A stretch of 63,950 bases of DNA, filler included, from Reticulomyxa filosa (taxonomy: Eukaryota; Protista; Foraminifera), in assembly GCA_000512085.1 (NCBI GenBank). It is 15 parts of 15 records of this genome, joined end to end, with 100 filler letters (N's around TTAATTAATTAA, not from the genome) between each part and the next. Parts side by side here need not be neighbours in the genome. Positions count along the whole stretch, not along the records: positions 50,785 to 51,840 come from ASPP01015835.1; positions 51,941 to 53,860 come from ASPP01023813.1; positions 53,961 to 62,624 come from ASPP01004224.1; positions 62,725 to 63,950 come from ASPP01006262.1; 11 more parts are not named here. One strand, given 5' to 3'. Positions 51,801-63,950 of the stretch are shown piece by piece (position 1 is the stretch's first letter; each line of letters begins with the position of its first letter). Position numbers and translations under genes: made by a program. The notes beneath the pieces were generated by a model. That model did not search any database, was not told the origin of the DNA, and saw only the letters and a list, made by a program, of their open reading frames with translations.

Positions 51801-53604
51801 GTATTTACACAAATACATATATATATATATATACATATATNNNNNNNNNNNNNNNNNNNNNNNNNNNNNNNNNNNNNNNNNNNNTTAATTAATTAANNNN
51901 NNNNNNNNNNNNNNNNNNNNNNNNNNNNNNNNNNNNNNNNGAAGTTAATTGGTAAAGAAAAAAATCTACTTGTAAAAGGCCTTGGAAGAATTTCAAAAGA
52001 TTATGTTTCCGTTAACTTTAATGATCAAAAAAACACAATAAAAAATTTTTCCGAACTTGCATGGGAGTAACAACAAAAGAAAGTCAACAGGTATAAAACG
52101 TGCCATAGTTTCTTGTGTACCGATCCATGAAGATCTTTGCAATTATTGTGGGGTTTGTTATCTGGTTTCCAATTCGGTCTATAAGAGAACCATCAATTAT
52201 CTTGAACACATCCAAAAAAAAAAAAAGAGAAACAAGCACAAAGAAAGTAATTACGCCACGTACCTCAATGCAGTTATTGGTCAGTTTAATGATTTGTTTC
52301 AGGTTAGACAAATTGAAATTGCTACTTTGTGAAACTAATACAGAAGTAATTGAATGGTGTATCTTCGTGGTATACGAAGGATGGTATCACACACCTTAGA
52401 TTAACAAAGACCACATAGCAATGACAACAAGGTTTATTTTTCTTTTTTTTTTTTTTTTTTGAGTCGTAAACGTTATTCTCTTAACTTTGGATCGTAATCC
52501 TTTTGTTTGATCTAACGCGTTTTGGATATGAGGTTCCAATCCGGGCACAACTTGTCCTTCCATTAATTTATAGATTGAACCAAATTGCTTTTTTTTTTTT
52601 TTGTTCAAAACACAAAATCAGGACGGTTTCATGCTTTATTTGATTGGTTTGGTTTACACTTGAGTTTATTGTAGTTAAAGTTTGCCTAACTTTTTCTGAG
52701 ACAGCTAGCCAGATCAACAACGTCAGTCTCAACATGACAACTACTGTTGGGAAAAATAACCTAGTTTCATGTCACAAAACAGATTCTTTTTACACGTTGT
52801 ATTGTGTTATTTAGTGTATTGTTTGTAACGCTTTCTTCTTTTGTACCAGGATAAGGCCCATTCAATCCATGGGAAAAAAAACATTATCGTAACCGTGACA
52901 ATCCAAAATTCCAACACTTTTTATTGCTCTTTTGTATTAATATCCCTTCCCAGGACCTTATATGTTCGATACGATCCTCGAACCAGCCCCAACACACTTT
53001 AATTTAAACACAATCAACTTTTTTTTGGTTTTGTTTGTTTTCTTTAGGTTTGGAAAGTATTGGATGACATACATGATAGGATAGACCACAAAATCCCAGA
53101 CTGTTAAAGCCATCTGCTTTAATTGTTTTGTATTTCAAGTGAACAGTAAATACTATTTGGAAAAATTTGAACTTTTTGTCCTCTTTACTAGATCCAGGAA
53201 AAATCCCTTCCGTTTCAGTTTAATCTCGGTTGGTTGGACAAACACCACTTTTTCATTCTTGACACCATGTTAATTTTTTTTCTTTTCCTTTGTGTTTGAT
53301 CTTTTTGAAGAATTTTTTTTGGCTTGATTTCTACTTGCAATAACAACGAAACCTGTAGGTATTGCAAAATTGTTATCGCATAAATGGTAAATGTGGAATC
53401 TTTCAGAGAGTCGTTTTATCTTTCACAACCTTATTCCAAAGATTTCAATTCTTCGAATCTTTTTTTTAGATAAAAGATTTATTTCTTTATTCTTCCTAGC
53501 TTTTATTGTAGATTTGTCACAGACTCGCTGGTAGTGGATTCACTTTTTGGTGAACAAGTTTGGGTCTTGATTGTGAAGAGTTTTTCCTTCTCATCACGAT
53601 AACA

Positions 53605-53841
53605 ATGGATCAAGATTTGAGTGTTGAAGATAGAGAGCTGAAAGAGCGCTTGGATTTATACGTGGAAAGAATAAAAGATGTTGACGTACAAATAGCCGCG
53701 CTAGCTTTGGAGCAGTTGAAAGAGGAGACAAGGACATCAACCTCTTCCATGACGTCGGTACCGAAACCGCTGAAATTTTTGAACCCTCACTATAGCAGCA
53801 TAAAAGATTTCTATCAGACCGTCACTGACGCCAAATTAAAA
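53605..53841 (+). CDS. RPN1: 26S proteasome regulatory subunit RPN1/PSMD2, first exon (3' truncated)
   Basis: DLSVEDRELKERLDLYVERI..RTSTSSMTSVPKPLKFLNPHY. Confidence 0.95.
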
Positions 53842-53960
53842 GTTAAAAAAGCACAACAACNNNNNNNNNNNNNNNNNNNNNNNNNNNNNNNNNNNNNNNN
53901 NNNNTTAATTAATTAANNNNNNNNNNNNNNNNNNNNNNNNNNNNNNNNNNNNNNNNNNNN

Positions 53961-54128
53961 AAAAAATTAGAAAGACTTAATAAAAAACCAAAATGATATT
54001 TAAAAACTACACTATTCGTAAATATTTTTTTTAAAAAAATTTTGATTAAATGTTGTTTTTTCATTGAGAAACACAATCATCTCTATAAGGTGGCATTTTA
54101 TGTGTCAACTTTCTTTTTTATCATACTG
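53961..54128. mobile_element. Tc1-family terminal inverted repeat (element end at contig start)
   Basis: Ends ...TTTTTATCATACTG|TA; near reverse complement of 13609-13780. Confidence 0.8.
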
Positions 54129-55751
54129 TATTTACTATAGTTTTTATAAATTGATCATTTTGACATTGTAGCTTTATATCATGATTCAAGCAATGTCAAT
54201 TTTCTTTTTTCCATTTTGAAAAATATCAAAAGTTGCACTGATTGTAATATAAATTGATTTTTTCTCAAGTAATCTATTTACAGATTTTCGAAACAAATTT
54301 GGTAAATTTATATATTGAAAATATATATTTTCAAATATTTGTTGATGTTTTCAAAAAAGTAAATAGTTTAGTTCGTCCAAATGGATTCCTTAAACCAAAT
54401 TTATTGAATAAATGATATATGAAAAGTAGATAAATTTTTTTGGAATTTTTCAAAGTTATATTGAAAGTAAAATACTCGATATGCAAAAAGCGTAACACGA
54501 AAATCTATGTGTATATATACTTTTCAATAAAAGCGAGTAAATTTAAGTCAATAAATGTGAATGTTAAGTTTTTGTAGAAAAGTTTTCAGAAAAGCAATTT
54601 AAAGATGAAATTGAACATTTGGACTAAATAGTATGACTTGACATACAGTTGACACTAGCATTGTAAATAAAAAGTTTTTGCTAGCATACGATAGCTATCT
54701 TCATCTGACAATGAATAAGTTCAATCTTTTCTTATACTTTTTTGTTAAATAATGATTATACGATTTCAACGAATTGAAGTGAACTAATTCAATAATAACG
54801 AGATATAATAAAAGTTTAATTCCTAACTTTAAAAAGTCAGTGCACTTGATACACTTTCGAAATTACTAGTATAAGTTTATTAATCTTTTGTTCATTAGTT
54901 TTAATGTCTACTGATCTACAATTAAAAAGTTTGCATTCTTCGGTGACAAGTATTAATGGTTTTGTGAATTATTTTATTGAAATTTTGTTTTCGGAACAAA
55001 GTCCCTTTCGTACTTCACGCAATCGTGTTCAACGCTCTTATGTGCAACTATGAAAGATACTAACAGCAATTTCTTTCATTTAATCTAATAAGATACCATA
55101 AGTTTGTTTACAAACTCATGTGCTATATTTCAACTTATGTGTCAATTCTTTTTAAAATGAAGTTAAACTAAGCTTTTGTCAAAAATTTAACAATATTGTT
55201 ATTTGTTTGATTTAACATTAAACGTTAGTAATACAGCACTTCTAAAGATTATTACTTATCACTACAGCTCAAATTTTGAGCTGCTTTTTGGCTCAGTTGC
55301 CCTCGAGAACAAAAAACGAGTAGTTTAACAGTCGGGTTAGTGGCTTGGTTCAGAGTGCAAAGAGAGTTTTAAATATGCTTGGTATATAGCATTAATTTTT
55401 AAGTATTTATACCATGATCAGAAACTCCAAGAAACTTCGGCCACCTCTGGATGTTTCCGGAAATTTCCGAGAAAAACCTCTAGACAAACAACAGTACATG
55501 TTTCGAAATATGTGCGGTGATTACTTAAAGTTTTTGCAACACAATATAATATACTCAAGCAACGGTCCTGAACAAAAAGAAAAATATTTGAATCAAATCT
55601 TTAAAAAGTAGATAAGCAGTACTAAGGAAAGAGGAGACGAAGGGAAGGAGAAAAAAGGGCTTTACCACTCGCTTGTTCCTGTTTTGCGTTTTGTCTGGGC
55701 GGAACTTTTTGAGACAAGGTTTATTTAAAGTAATCTGTTGAGAGTCCAAAG

Positions 55752-58700
55752 ATGGCCAGTAAAGATGACAACAAAAAGCATCCTTTCTTTCCTTTCAACA
55801 GTGAAAACACAAGAAATCATCCTAAACTTACAAAAGCCATGTCGTCACCAGCGATGCTTGAGGACCATTTGAGGTGAGAGATTCAGTACTTATCGTTTAT
55901 TGCATACAATGAATACATTGGTTCATTATCTTTTTTTTTTGAGGCATATTTCCATCAACATAATTTTAAAAAAATTTTTCTCTTTGTGGTGCAGTAATGA
56001 CGGAAAGTCGTATTATCCCTATTCTGGTGTCAATGTGTATAACGGTATAAACGGCACCAAATGGCATCACTCCCACTTGCCTGAGGAGTTAAACTACTCT
56101 CCCAATGGTTACTACGGCACGTCTGTTCATGACACTGGCATGTATGGCAAAGGCAATAATACGTGGAACAACAACAACCAGTGGAATTTGGGCATGAATC
56201 AATTTGGCCCAAGTATGTTACATGACAGAGTAAGTACCACTCGAACCACCACCAATTACGCCAAAGAAAGCAACAAAGAGAAAAAAGATATTTATCAGGA
56301 GAAACTCGAGCAGCATCAGCTCTATCAATTGCTCGTCTCTGATGGTTCTTTTTCGCGTCCCAAAAGTCAAATGGATCTGGTATATATCATTTGATCATTG
56401 TTTCTCGTTATATGTATAAATACATCTTACTACTATCACTTTTTTTTTGTTGCATGGTTGCAAAATGTCAAAGAACGGACAAAAAAAAAATAAAACCAAA
56501 TTCAATAATGAGGACCCCAACGTAGTGACTAAAATTTTTCTTTCACTTCTTTCTTTTTGCACTTTTTTATTTTTTACTTTTGTTTGCAGTCACATATCAA
56601 TTTTAAAGAAATGGAAAGGAAAAAAAAAAATTTTTTTGCAAGGAGGTCATGGACAGTGCGAAAAGGCGTCCTTTAAAATTTCTTGTGTGTGCAAATTGGG
56701 GGGAAAATTCGTGCGAAATAGGAAACAAAGAAGAAGGAGAAAGTGAGAGAGCGATTAAAAAAAAGACTTGAAACACAGAAATGGAAAGATGATTTGTTAC
56801 AAAAACAACCAAATCTTCGTTACGTTGTCTTGTGTATCTTTGTTCGGACCTTCCCTTTTTTTCCTGTCCTCCCCCCCCCTCCGCACTTCCCTCTTTTTTT
56901 TTTCTTTCGAACAATCTATAAAATAAAAAAAAAACTCAACAGTCCGAACGATTTACGGATTTAATAGTTATTATTCAAATGTACATCTGCCATGGTACGC
57001 CAAAGAAAAAACAGATAAAAAAGAAAAAGACAAGTCCAGTAAAGAAGATATAGATGAGGCTTTGGACAGTGTCGGCAAAAGTAATGAAAGCGAAGAAGAC
57101 AACAATGAAACAAAAAAGAAGAAAAAAAAGAAAACTCAAAACAACGAAATGGAAAAGAAATCAACCCACGTTATTACTGTTTTTGACAAAAATCGGAGGA
57201 ACAAAAAAAAATTTTATCTATGTATTTGTTTATTTATTTGTGTATGTGTGTTGTTATGTGCTTGTTCGTATTTATCTGTGTTGTGAGCACAATTTTTTTT
57301 TTTAAAGGCTCATTTTGTGTGCGGTTTTTTTTGCTGTCTAGTTGAAAGATGCAAATGGTAGGGAGACAACAAAGAAATACAAAAACAACGAACGAAAAGT
57401 GAAAATGAAAACAAAGAAAGGGGTGAAAGAAGGATTGAATGGACATGAAAAAAAGACGGCGAAGGAGAAGAAAGTTCTCAACAATCCTTGCATACAGAAG
57501 TGAGCGAAAAATCGCTCGATGACAAGGGTGAAGCCACAAATGCGTTGAGTGTTGCTGATCAAACCAATAGTGTACACTCCGATGATCCATTGAAAGCGAA
57601 TGACGCAGTCGAGCAATTGTCGATAAATGAAAAATGTAATGACGAATCAGAAGAGAAAAATATCGGAGATCAATCTATGAATATATTGCGATTCAAAAAT
57701 GGTTCATTGGAACAAGCAAGTGAAGAATCCAAAGCAAACAGTGAAACAGACACAAGCAATGAGCAAAAGAGCAAAGAAAGCAAACATACAATCGAGTTAG
57801 ATGACGCAGATAAAGAAACACCAACCAAACATAAATTGGTTGACAATGATTGCAATACATTTGCGAAATTTGAAAAAAGGAAGAAAAAAAAGAAAAAAGA
57901 AAGGGATGACAAACATAAAAACAAGCAAAAAACGCCTTCACAAAAACTCACTCTCAACAATGGCAATTCTGAAAAAAAGTCAAACAAAAAGAAAAAAAGA
58001 AAGAGTAATAAATAAACAGTATGTCAATCATTATGAATATGCAAGTGCAAATGAAGAAGTAGAGGAAGAGGAAGAAGAAAAGGGAAGTGAATATGACGAA
58101 CGTGCAGTCAGTGCTGATGTTGATGCTGATGTCGATGCTGATGTCGATGCTGATGTCGATATCGATGTTGGTATAGATATTGACGCTGACGTTGATATCA
58201 ATGTCGACGTCGACACAATAAACAATAAGACCACAGAGCCAAGCCCAAATGAATTTGAAGATGGAGTTTGGTCTACAGCAAGGAACAAGCGCAAGAAAAG
58301 ACACAAAAATCAAAATCAAAATCAAAGCCACAATCACAATTATAATGAATATGATTTAAAAAATAAAAATTCTGACAATATGTTTGTCAAAGAAAAAACC
58401 ACAAAAGAACACCCAAACGAGAGATTTGCGAAACACCACAAAGAAACATTGGAAGCAATCGCCTCTGACCCGATGAAAGCCCTTGACAAAATGACAACCC
58501 ACATGAGGAAGTCTATGCATCAAAGGAAAGAAAAAAAAAACACACGACCGAATCGGTCGCAATTGCAAAAAACCACTTTAAAAAAGATGGACGAGAAACG
58601 GTGGAATTGAGGCGAACCTCCACGAAGCAACCCCTTCCCACTGAGTCTTACATTCGAATTGCCAAGCCTCTCCGTGATGACTGCGTTCTCACCGCGAGCA

Positions 58701-59492
58701 ATGGGACCCCTCCAATTCAAAACCACGATGTCGATATTAGCGCAAATGCGCTAAAAGACACAAACGAAAACACAGCTTTGAATATATCTTTTGTCCGTCG
58801 AACGCGTCCTCCAATTGCTGTTTTGTTTGTTTGTTTGTTTTTTTTTTTAAAAAAAAAAAAGACGAATTTATTTATTTTTGTTGTTTGTTTTTGTAATTTC
58901 AAAATAATTTTTTTGCTGACAGCACACTACCAATTCGTCCTTGTCAACACTTCCAGACGACGATCCCATTTATGAGGAAAACTGGAATCACACCGAATCT
59001 CTTGCTCCACAAGCCACTCTTGATGCTGTCACAACAACGACGACAACCACAGCAACAATAGCACCGTCGTCGTTCCAAAATGAACTGCAACAACTATTGC
59101 AGTCACTGTGCCAACTCCCCCCAATATCGTCGGCCCTTTCTGCGTCCGCAAATTGGGGTACGTCTTTTGCGGAGGGGGCATTTTTACAACTTCCCACCTT
59201 TTCTAGTTTGTTGAACGACTTGAACGCCAACACAGCAGCTACTTTTATTCCGAGTCATCTTGTTCCCACTTCCACTCGAACAAGCAGTGAGGTTTGCGGC
59301 AGCCGTAATACTGATGCCGACTGCTATGCCATTAATGATTTATCAATCACGGAGCAAACAGATGAATGGGTTGCCTTTGATTTAAGTAGATACTTGTATC
59401 CGAGTTCATTGTGGACATTGAACTTGAAGTCTCTCAATATACACCCTGAATGCTCTTTAGACAAATTAAAAGCATTGATGAAAACCACATGA
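55752..59492 (+). CDS. Large multi-exon low-complexity hypothetical protein (Lys/Glu/Asn-rich, DADV repeats)
   Basis: A chain of plus-strand coding-like segments (55752-, 55900-, 57488-, 57801-, 58941-59492) separated by T/A-run introns; exon structure uncertain and no domain recognised. Confidence 0.5.
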
Positions 59493-59924
59493 AAGATCTC
59501 CCTCTTCTTCCTTTTTTTTTTTCTTCGTGCTATTCCTTCACATTTTGTTTCCTCTTTATTTATTTATTTTAGTCTTTAGGTTGTTTAGGTTTCAGATATC
59601 CTCAGCACAGAATGGTCTTGTCCAGAATAATTTTTTGGAGAATATGTGTTTTTGGTGGTGTCTTTTTGTTTTTCTTCGCTTTTTGTTTCTGGTACTTGCA
59701 GTCTACTTTGAACAGCTTTGATTACAAAGAGTTATGTCGCTACAATTAGAAAGGTTATTTCTTTCTGAAAAACCACAACTATACAATTACTTCTTGAGGA
59801 ACTATAACAAATGAAAAAGTATCACGTTTGAAAAAGGCTCGAACCACCAACCTGTCTTGAATTACGATTGCTGAACACCTCAATTTTGAGTAGTTTGACC
59901 TTCCTCCATATTTCTGTCAAGAAA

Positions 59925-60553
59925 ATGAAAACGGATACCCTTTTGGACAACGAAATAACAGGAAAAGAACAACTGCCTCTAAAAAAAAAATATTGAAGTT
60001 AGCAGAGAAAGGGAAAAAGCTGGCTACACAAAAGGGAAAAAAAATATATATAAAATTGTGCAGAGGTATACATACCTTTTGATTTTGGTTTTTTCCTCTG
60101 TCAAACAGAAAAAGGAAAAAAACACGTTTGATGAATGCAGTATTGGTAAGTGGTGGCTCGCCATCTTGGAAACTGGATGATTGGAAAGAACTGTTCCAGT
60201 CGTTTGGATGTGATATACTTGAGGTAACACCAAACGTGTTTGGGTTTGGTTCGTGTGGAATGAATCGAATTCCGGATTGGGGCGAGAAAGAGTCAGTGTC
60301 ATGTCATGTATTCTTGAAAACACCTCAAGACTTGGAAAAAGTAAAGAAATGTTTAACGAACAACACAAAAAATGTATTCAAAGGAATAGCGTTGGAGATA
60401 AGGCCATTTGAGCCAGTATTCAAATTGAAAAAGAATCGAAGTTCATTGACATCGAATTCGAGTAATGACAATCGACACCATCATGAATCAATGTCAACAA
60501 ATACACCGCGTGATACACACAGGAGTACAAGCGAAGTAAACAACAGCAATAAT

Positions 60554-60603
<50 letters not shown>

Positions 60604-62551
60604 CGACGAAGACAGTAATGACAACAGCGCACTAATCGAGACTTTTTTTGATACCAAACCAGGGTCGGTTGTGGAGGATAACATCTTCGAAACCATGCCA
60701 ACCTTTGCATTCGAAGAGGTGAAAAAGCAAAAAGACAAGAGATTTGAAAATGGTTTCAGTCATAGTCCGGACGATGCCAATGCCAATATCAATGCCAATG
60801 TCAATGCCAATACTAATAGCAATGATAGTGCCAATGAGCATTCCAACGCAAGCGCGGATGCTCGTTCCACCGACCCCACCAGTCCTACCAATGCGTCCCC
60901 GAAAAATCCAAACATCGCAAGTCGGCCCAGTAACGTGCATCTCAAACAGTCCACAAAGAGGTACTTCAGTGAACGTACCCTGCGAAGCATTGCGGAAGAC
61001 GAAGGTTATTGTATTTGTATTTAATAAAGAAATAGATTTATTTTATATTACATATACATATATATATATATATTTATATACATATATATTTATATATATA
61101 TGTATATATATGTATACATGTTTATATACATATGTGTTATTAATATGCTTTTTTTTTTGACTTGAACGGGATCTAGATGACGACAATGAAAACGGCAACC
61201 AGACACAAACGCGTGTGACCGTGACTGGACCCGAACTAAACTCCAAGGACGAAACGACGAATGATGATGACGACGATGACGACGATGTCGACGAGGACGA
61301 AGACGAAGAAAAAGACGGCTCTGCGAACCAAAAAACGTACTTGTTGCCGGTTGGGCAAACTCGATTGGTTACCAAAATGTCGGCTCCACTGAGCCATCGA
61401 AGGCAGATTTCTAATGTCGATACCAACCAAGACTTGGAAGAAGACATTGGTCAAGACTATATGTCCTTCCAAGAAAAGCTAGACCAACGTCGAAGAAGCA
61501 TGGTTAACCCAGCTACTTTTTACACTTGTGAAGGAGAAATTGAAGAAGACGCCAATTCTAAGAATAAGTCTGTCCAAGGGACATTATATTACACACATAC
61601 ATACAAGTTTCTTTACTTCTTCCGAGGTTATTCATTGTTGTCGTTGAATGATCTCCGTGGAAGTAGGGGAGAGGAGAGAGAGAGAGAGAGAGGAAAGTCA
61701 CTTTTTTTTTTTTTTTTTTTAAAAATATTCTTCGATTTTTCTTTCCATTCTTTCTCTCCTCTTTTTTTTTTTTTTTTTTCTCCCCTTTCACACTTATACA
61801 CAAAAAAATTTTTGTTGGTTTGAAGGAATTTTTCCTTTGGAAACCCCTTCGGTGGATTGATTGATTCTTTTGTGTTGGGGTCGGAGAGACAAAATACAAC
61901 AAAACAAAAAAATATATATATACATGTACGAGAATATACACATATACAAAACAATTGTGCAAATCAGGCCAACAAGTAGAAGTAAAAAAAAATTTCTTCG
62001 CACGACCACGCAACCGTTACCTCGAATACCATCCAGCAGTCCTGGTCATGGAAAAACACACACTCGACAACGAACACTGTTTGAGACATTACATGCGGAT
62101 CTCATGAGTAAGCCTTTTTTTTTTTTTTGTGGGTGGGTTTGTAAATAGAAGTTGAAATGTGTCCATGCACAATACAAATGTTTGTTTGTCACACAAATAC
62201 CCTCTTTTGATGTGCGCACGCGTATCGTCGTACTGAACAGACAGCAAAAACGATGCAACCACATCGAAAGCAGAGACCCCTCCTCCGATCTCGTTTGAAT
62301 CCAATACCAACACACATCTTCATCCAAGGCAAGCCAGCACTCGATTGGTTGTCAAGTCCCCCAAAGAGGAAGACAAGCCAGTGACCAAGTCAAATCCTAA
62401 ACCTACACTTCACGCTGACTCGGGCACAAATGAAAAGACTGACGATACCAATTCTGACCAACACAGCGCACAAAATCCAACTGCACAAAATAGCGATACT
62501 TCCAATGCTGAAATGGAGGAGGAAGAAGAATCATTGATTGATGGGTCTTCA
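59925..62551 (+). CDS. Multi-exon protein with a putative RRM-like domain followed by Asn/Asp-rich disordered regions; 3' truncated
   Basis: AVLVSGGSPSWKLDDWKELFQSFG..CHVFLKTPQDLEKVKK..FKGIALEIRP fits RRM spacing; intron 60066-60108; the start requires a homopolymer correction at ~59985. Confidence 0.5.
60548..60604 (+). repeat. (AAC)n microsatellite encoding poly-Asn
   Basis: Direct reading of the sequence. Confidence 0.95.
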
Positions 62552-63529
62552 GTTCAGCTGATTTTTTGTTTTGTTTTATTTGTTTGATTGGTTGACCAAT
62601 TTTGACAAAAAAAAAAAAAAAAAANNNNNNNNNNNNNNNNNNNNNNNNNNNNNNNNNNNNNNNNNNNNTTAATTAATTAANNNNNNNNNNNNNNNNNNNN
62701 NNNNNNNNNNNNNNNNNNNNNNNNTAACTGTCAAAATACTTTGACAGAGTTTATGCAGTACGATTTAAAGAATTCTTACTACTAAATGAAAATTATGTCA
62801 TTGATCACTAACTAATTGCCGCAGTGTCAATGTAGCCCAGTAAAAAATTGATATAATAAAACTCACTAAAAATAAAACTTTTAACATAATCACTTCAATG
62901 GATGTCATTTTAGGTATGCAGTTTTTTTTTCCAACTTAATGTAGTACGCATTCCAAACACAATCAAGTTTCATTTACAGAATGTCAAAGCAATCGAAAGC
63001 ATAAAATCAATTCGGAGTTAGTATTTTTTCATAAAAAACATTGACGTTTGATATTCAAATATTTGACTTAAATGACTAACACATAAATTTCATACATAAA
63101 CGAGTAAACAAATTGTCAATATATTGAATGTTATTTTATAAGAGCTTTTCAGTTAGTGAACAAATGGTCTTGTTTATGAAAGGGAAACACTGTTAACAAA
63201 TAAACACAAAGCAATCCATTTTTTTTCTTCTGTTCTGAAGATTTTCAAACAAAGGAGAGTCAGATTTTGTACTAAAAATACGTAATCTGTACAAAAATCA
63301 GTTAAAATATTTTTTTTTAGAATATTAACGATCTTTTTTTAAAATGAAATATATACTACAGAAAAAATGATATACTATCATTTGACTAAATTGGAAAAAC
63401 TTTTACTAGATGATAATTAGTTTAATTTATAACACAACATAAAGAATTTTCCAAAAAGCTTGTCTAGTTCCATACTCAAAGATAATATCATACTATGAAA
63501 AAACGTACAAATATATCTGCTCTTATCTC

Positions 63530-63950
63530 AATGATGTCCAACTAATTGGATATTGTGTTGTACAATTGAATCATTATATCTTGTCCATGTCAATAATATC
63601 ATTTGCGTATATTCATCTCCGCTTTCTGCTTTTGCATTCCATGCAAATTGTTCTGATGTATTTTTTCATCAAAAACATGATTTATATTTGACCTTGCAAA
63701 CAAAATTTCACGCTCATATTTGAATGGAGATATCTATGATACCCACAATATAATTCCATTTCACTTTCTTCTCTTCTTTCGTGTAAATGAAGTAATCTGA
63801 TAGCATCTATCAATAACATATCCAAATAAGGCCATAAATAATGTCTAAATTGTATTTGATCATAACTAAATTGAACATTACATGATTTATCACAATACAA
63901 TAAAACTGCACAAATTTCATGTAATTGAAGTGGATATCCCATTTGTTTAT
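63530..63950 (-). pseudogene. ADP-ribosyltransferase-like (ART, ExE-type) family pseudogene with an internal deletion
   Basis: MGYPLQLHEICAVLLYC..ELYCG joins directly, in another frame, to VS*ISPFKYEREILFARS..AWNAK..QMILLTW. The middle STS-motif strand is missing and there is an in-frame stop. Confidence 0.7.

Noticed and set aside
51941-53400. Possible retroelement or gene remnant upstream of RPN1
   Set aside because: No RT, integrase or other motif could be read.
20044-53860. Functional clustering of neighbouring genes (e.g. channel, 7TM-RGS, RPN1) as an operon-like system
   Set aside because: They lie on different contigs joined artificially.
55260-55300. Hairpin CAGCTCAAATTTTGAGCTG with an Sm-site-like core as an snRNA
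   Set aside because: No U1/U2/U4/U5 or SL hallmark sequences nearby; a short palindrome alone is insufficient.
59830-59900. tRNA-like GGTTGGTGGTTCGAGCC on the minus strand
   Set aside because: The T-stem cannot pair and there is no acceptor stem or cloverleaf.
13794-62724. Regularly recurring palindromic TTAATTAATTAA flanked by Ns as a biological repeat or CRISPR-like array
   Set aside because: It is an identical 100-bp artificial scaffold linker with stops in all frames.

Overview
AT-rich, intron-containing eukaryotic DNA, not a prokaryotic window. The lineage-typical WD40 (IGVIGGNGYTICSGS), Kelch, TRAF-WD40 and ART-like families point to the foraminiferan Reticulomyxa filosa or a close relative (inference). 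The window is 15 unrelated contigs joined by 14 artificial 100-bp N44-TTAATTAATTAA-N44 linkers, so adjacency across linkers has no biological meaning. Recognisable genes: an RPEL+Kelch protein, UTP10/HEATR1, a divergent kinesin (3' part), Kelch and WD40 family members, a RING/TRAF-WD40 protein, an ATP-grasp ligase, a TM-C2 protein, TSEN34, a Golgi-type sulfotransferase, a PB1-like repeat protein, a cNMP-binding K+ channel, a 7TM-RGS protein, a HECTD1-type tandem-domain protein and RPN1/PSMD2 (5' part). Decayed DNA: a full-length Tc1/mariner relic plus three TIR fragments, a probable LTR end, a collapsed cytoplasmic dynein pseudogene, a TSP1/PT-repeat pseudogene and an ADP-ribosyltransferase-like pseudogene. 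The most interesting observation is a 102-nt, phase-0/0 exon encoding an unnamed 34-aa module that sits after a Kelch propeller in one gene and before a WD40 propeller in another. A second is a recurring intron layout with 5' T-runs and 3' A-runs in place of a polypyrimidine tract.
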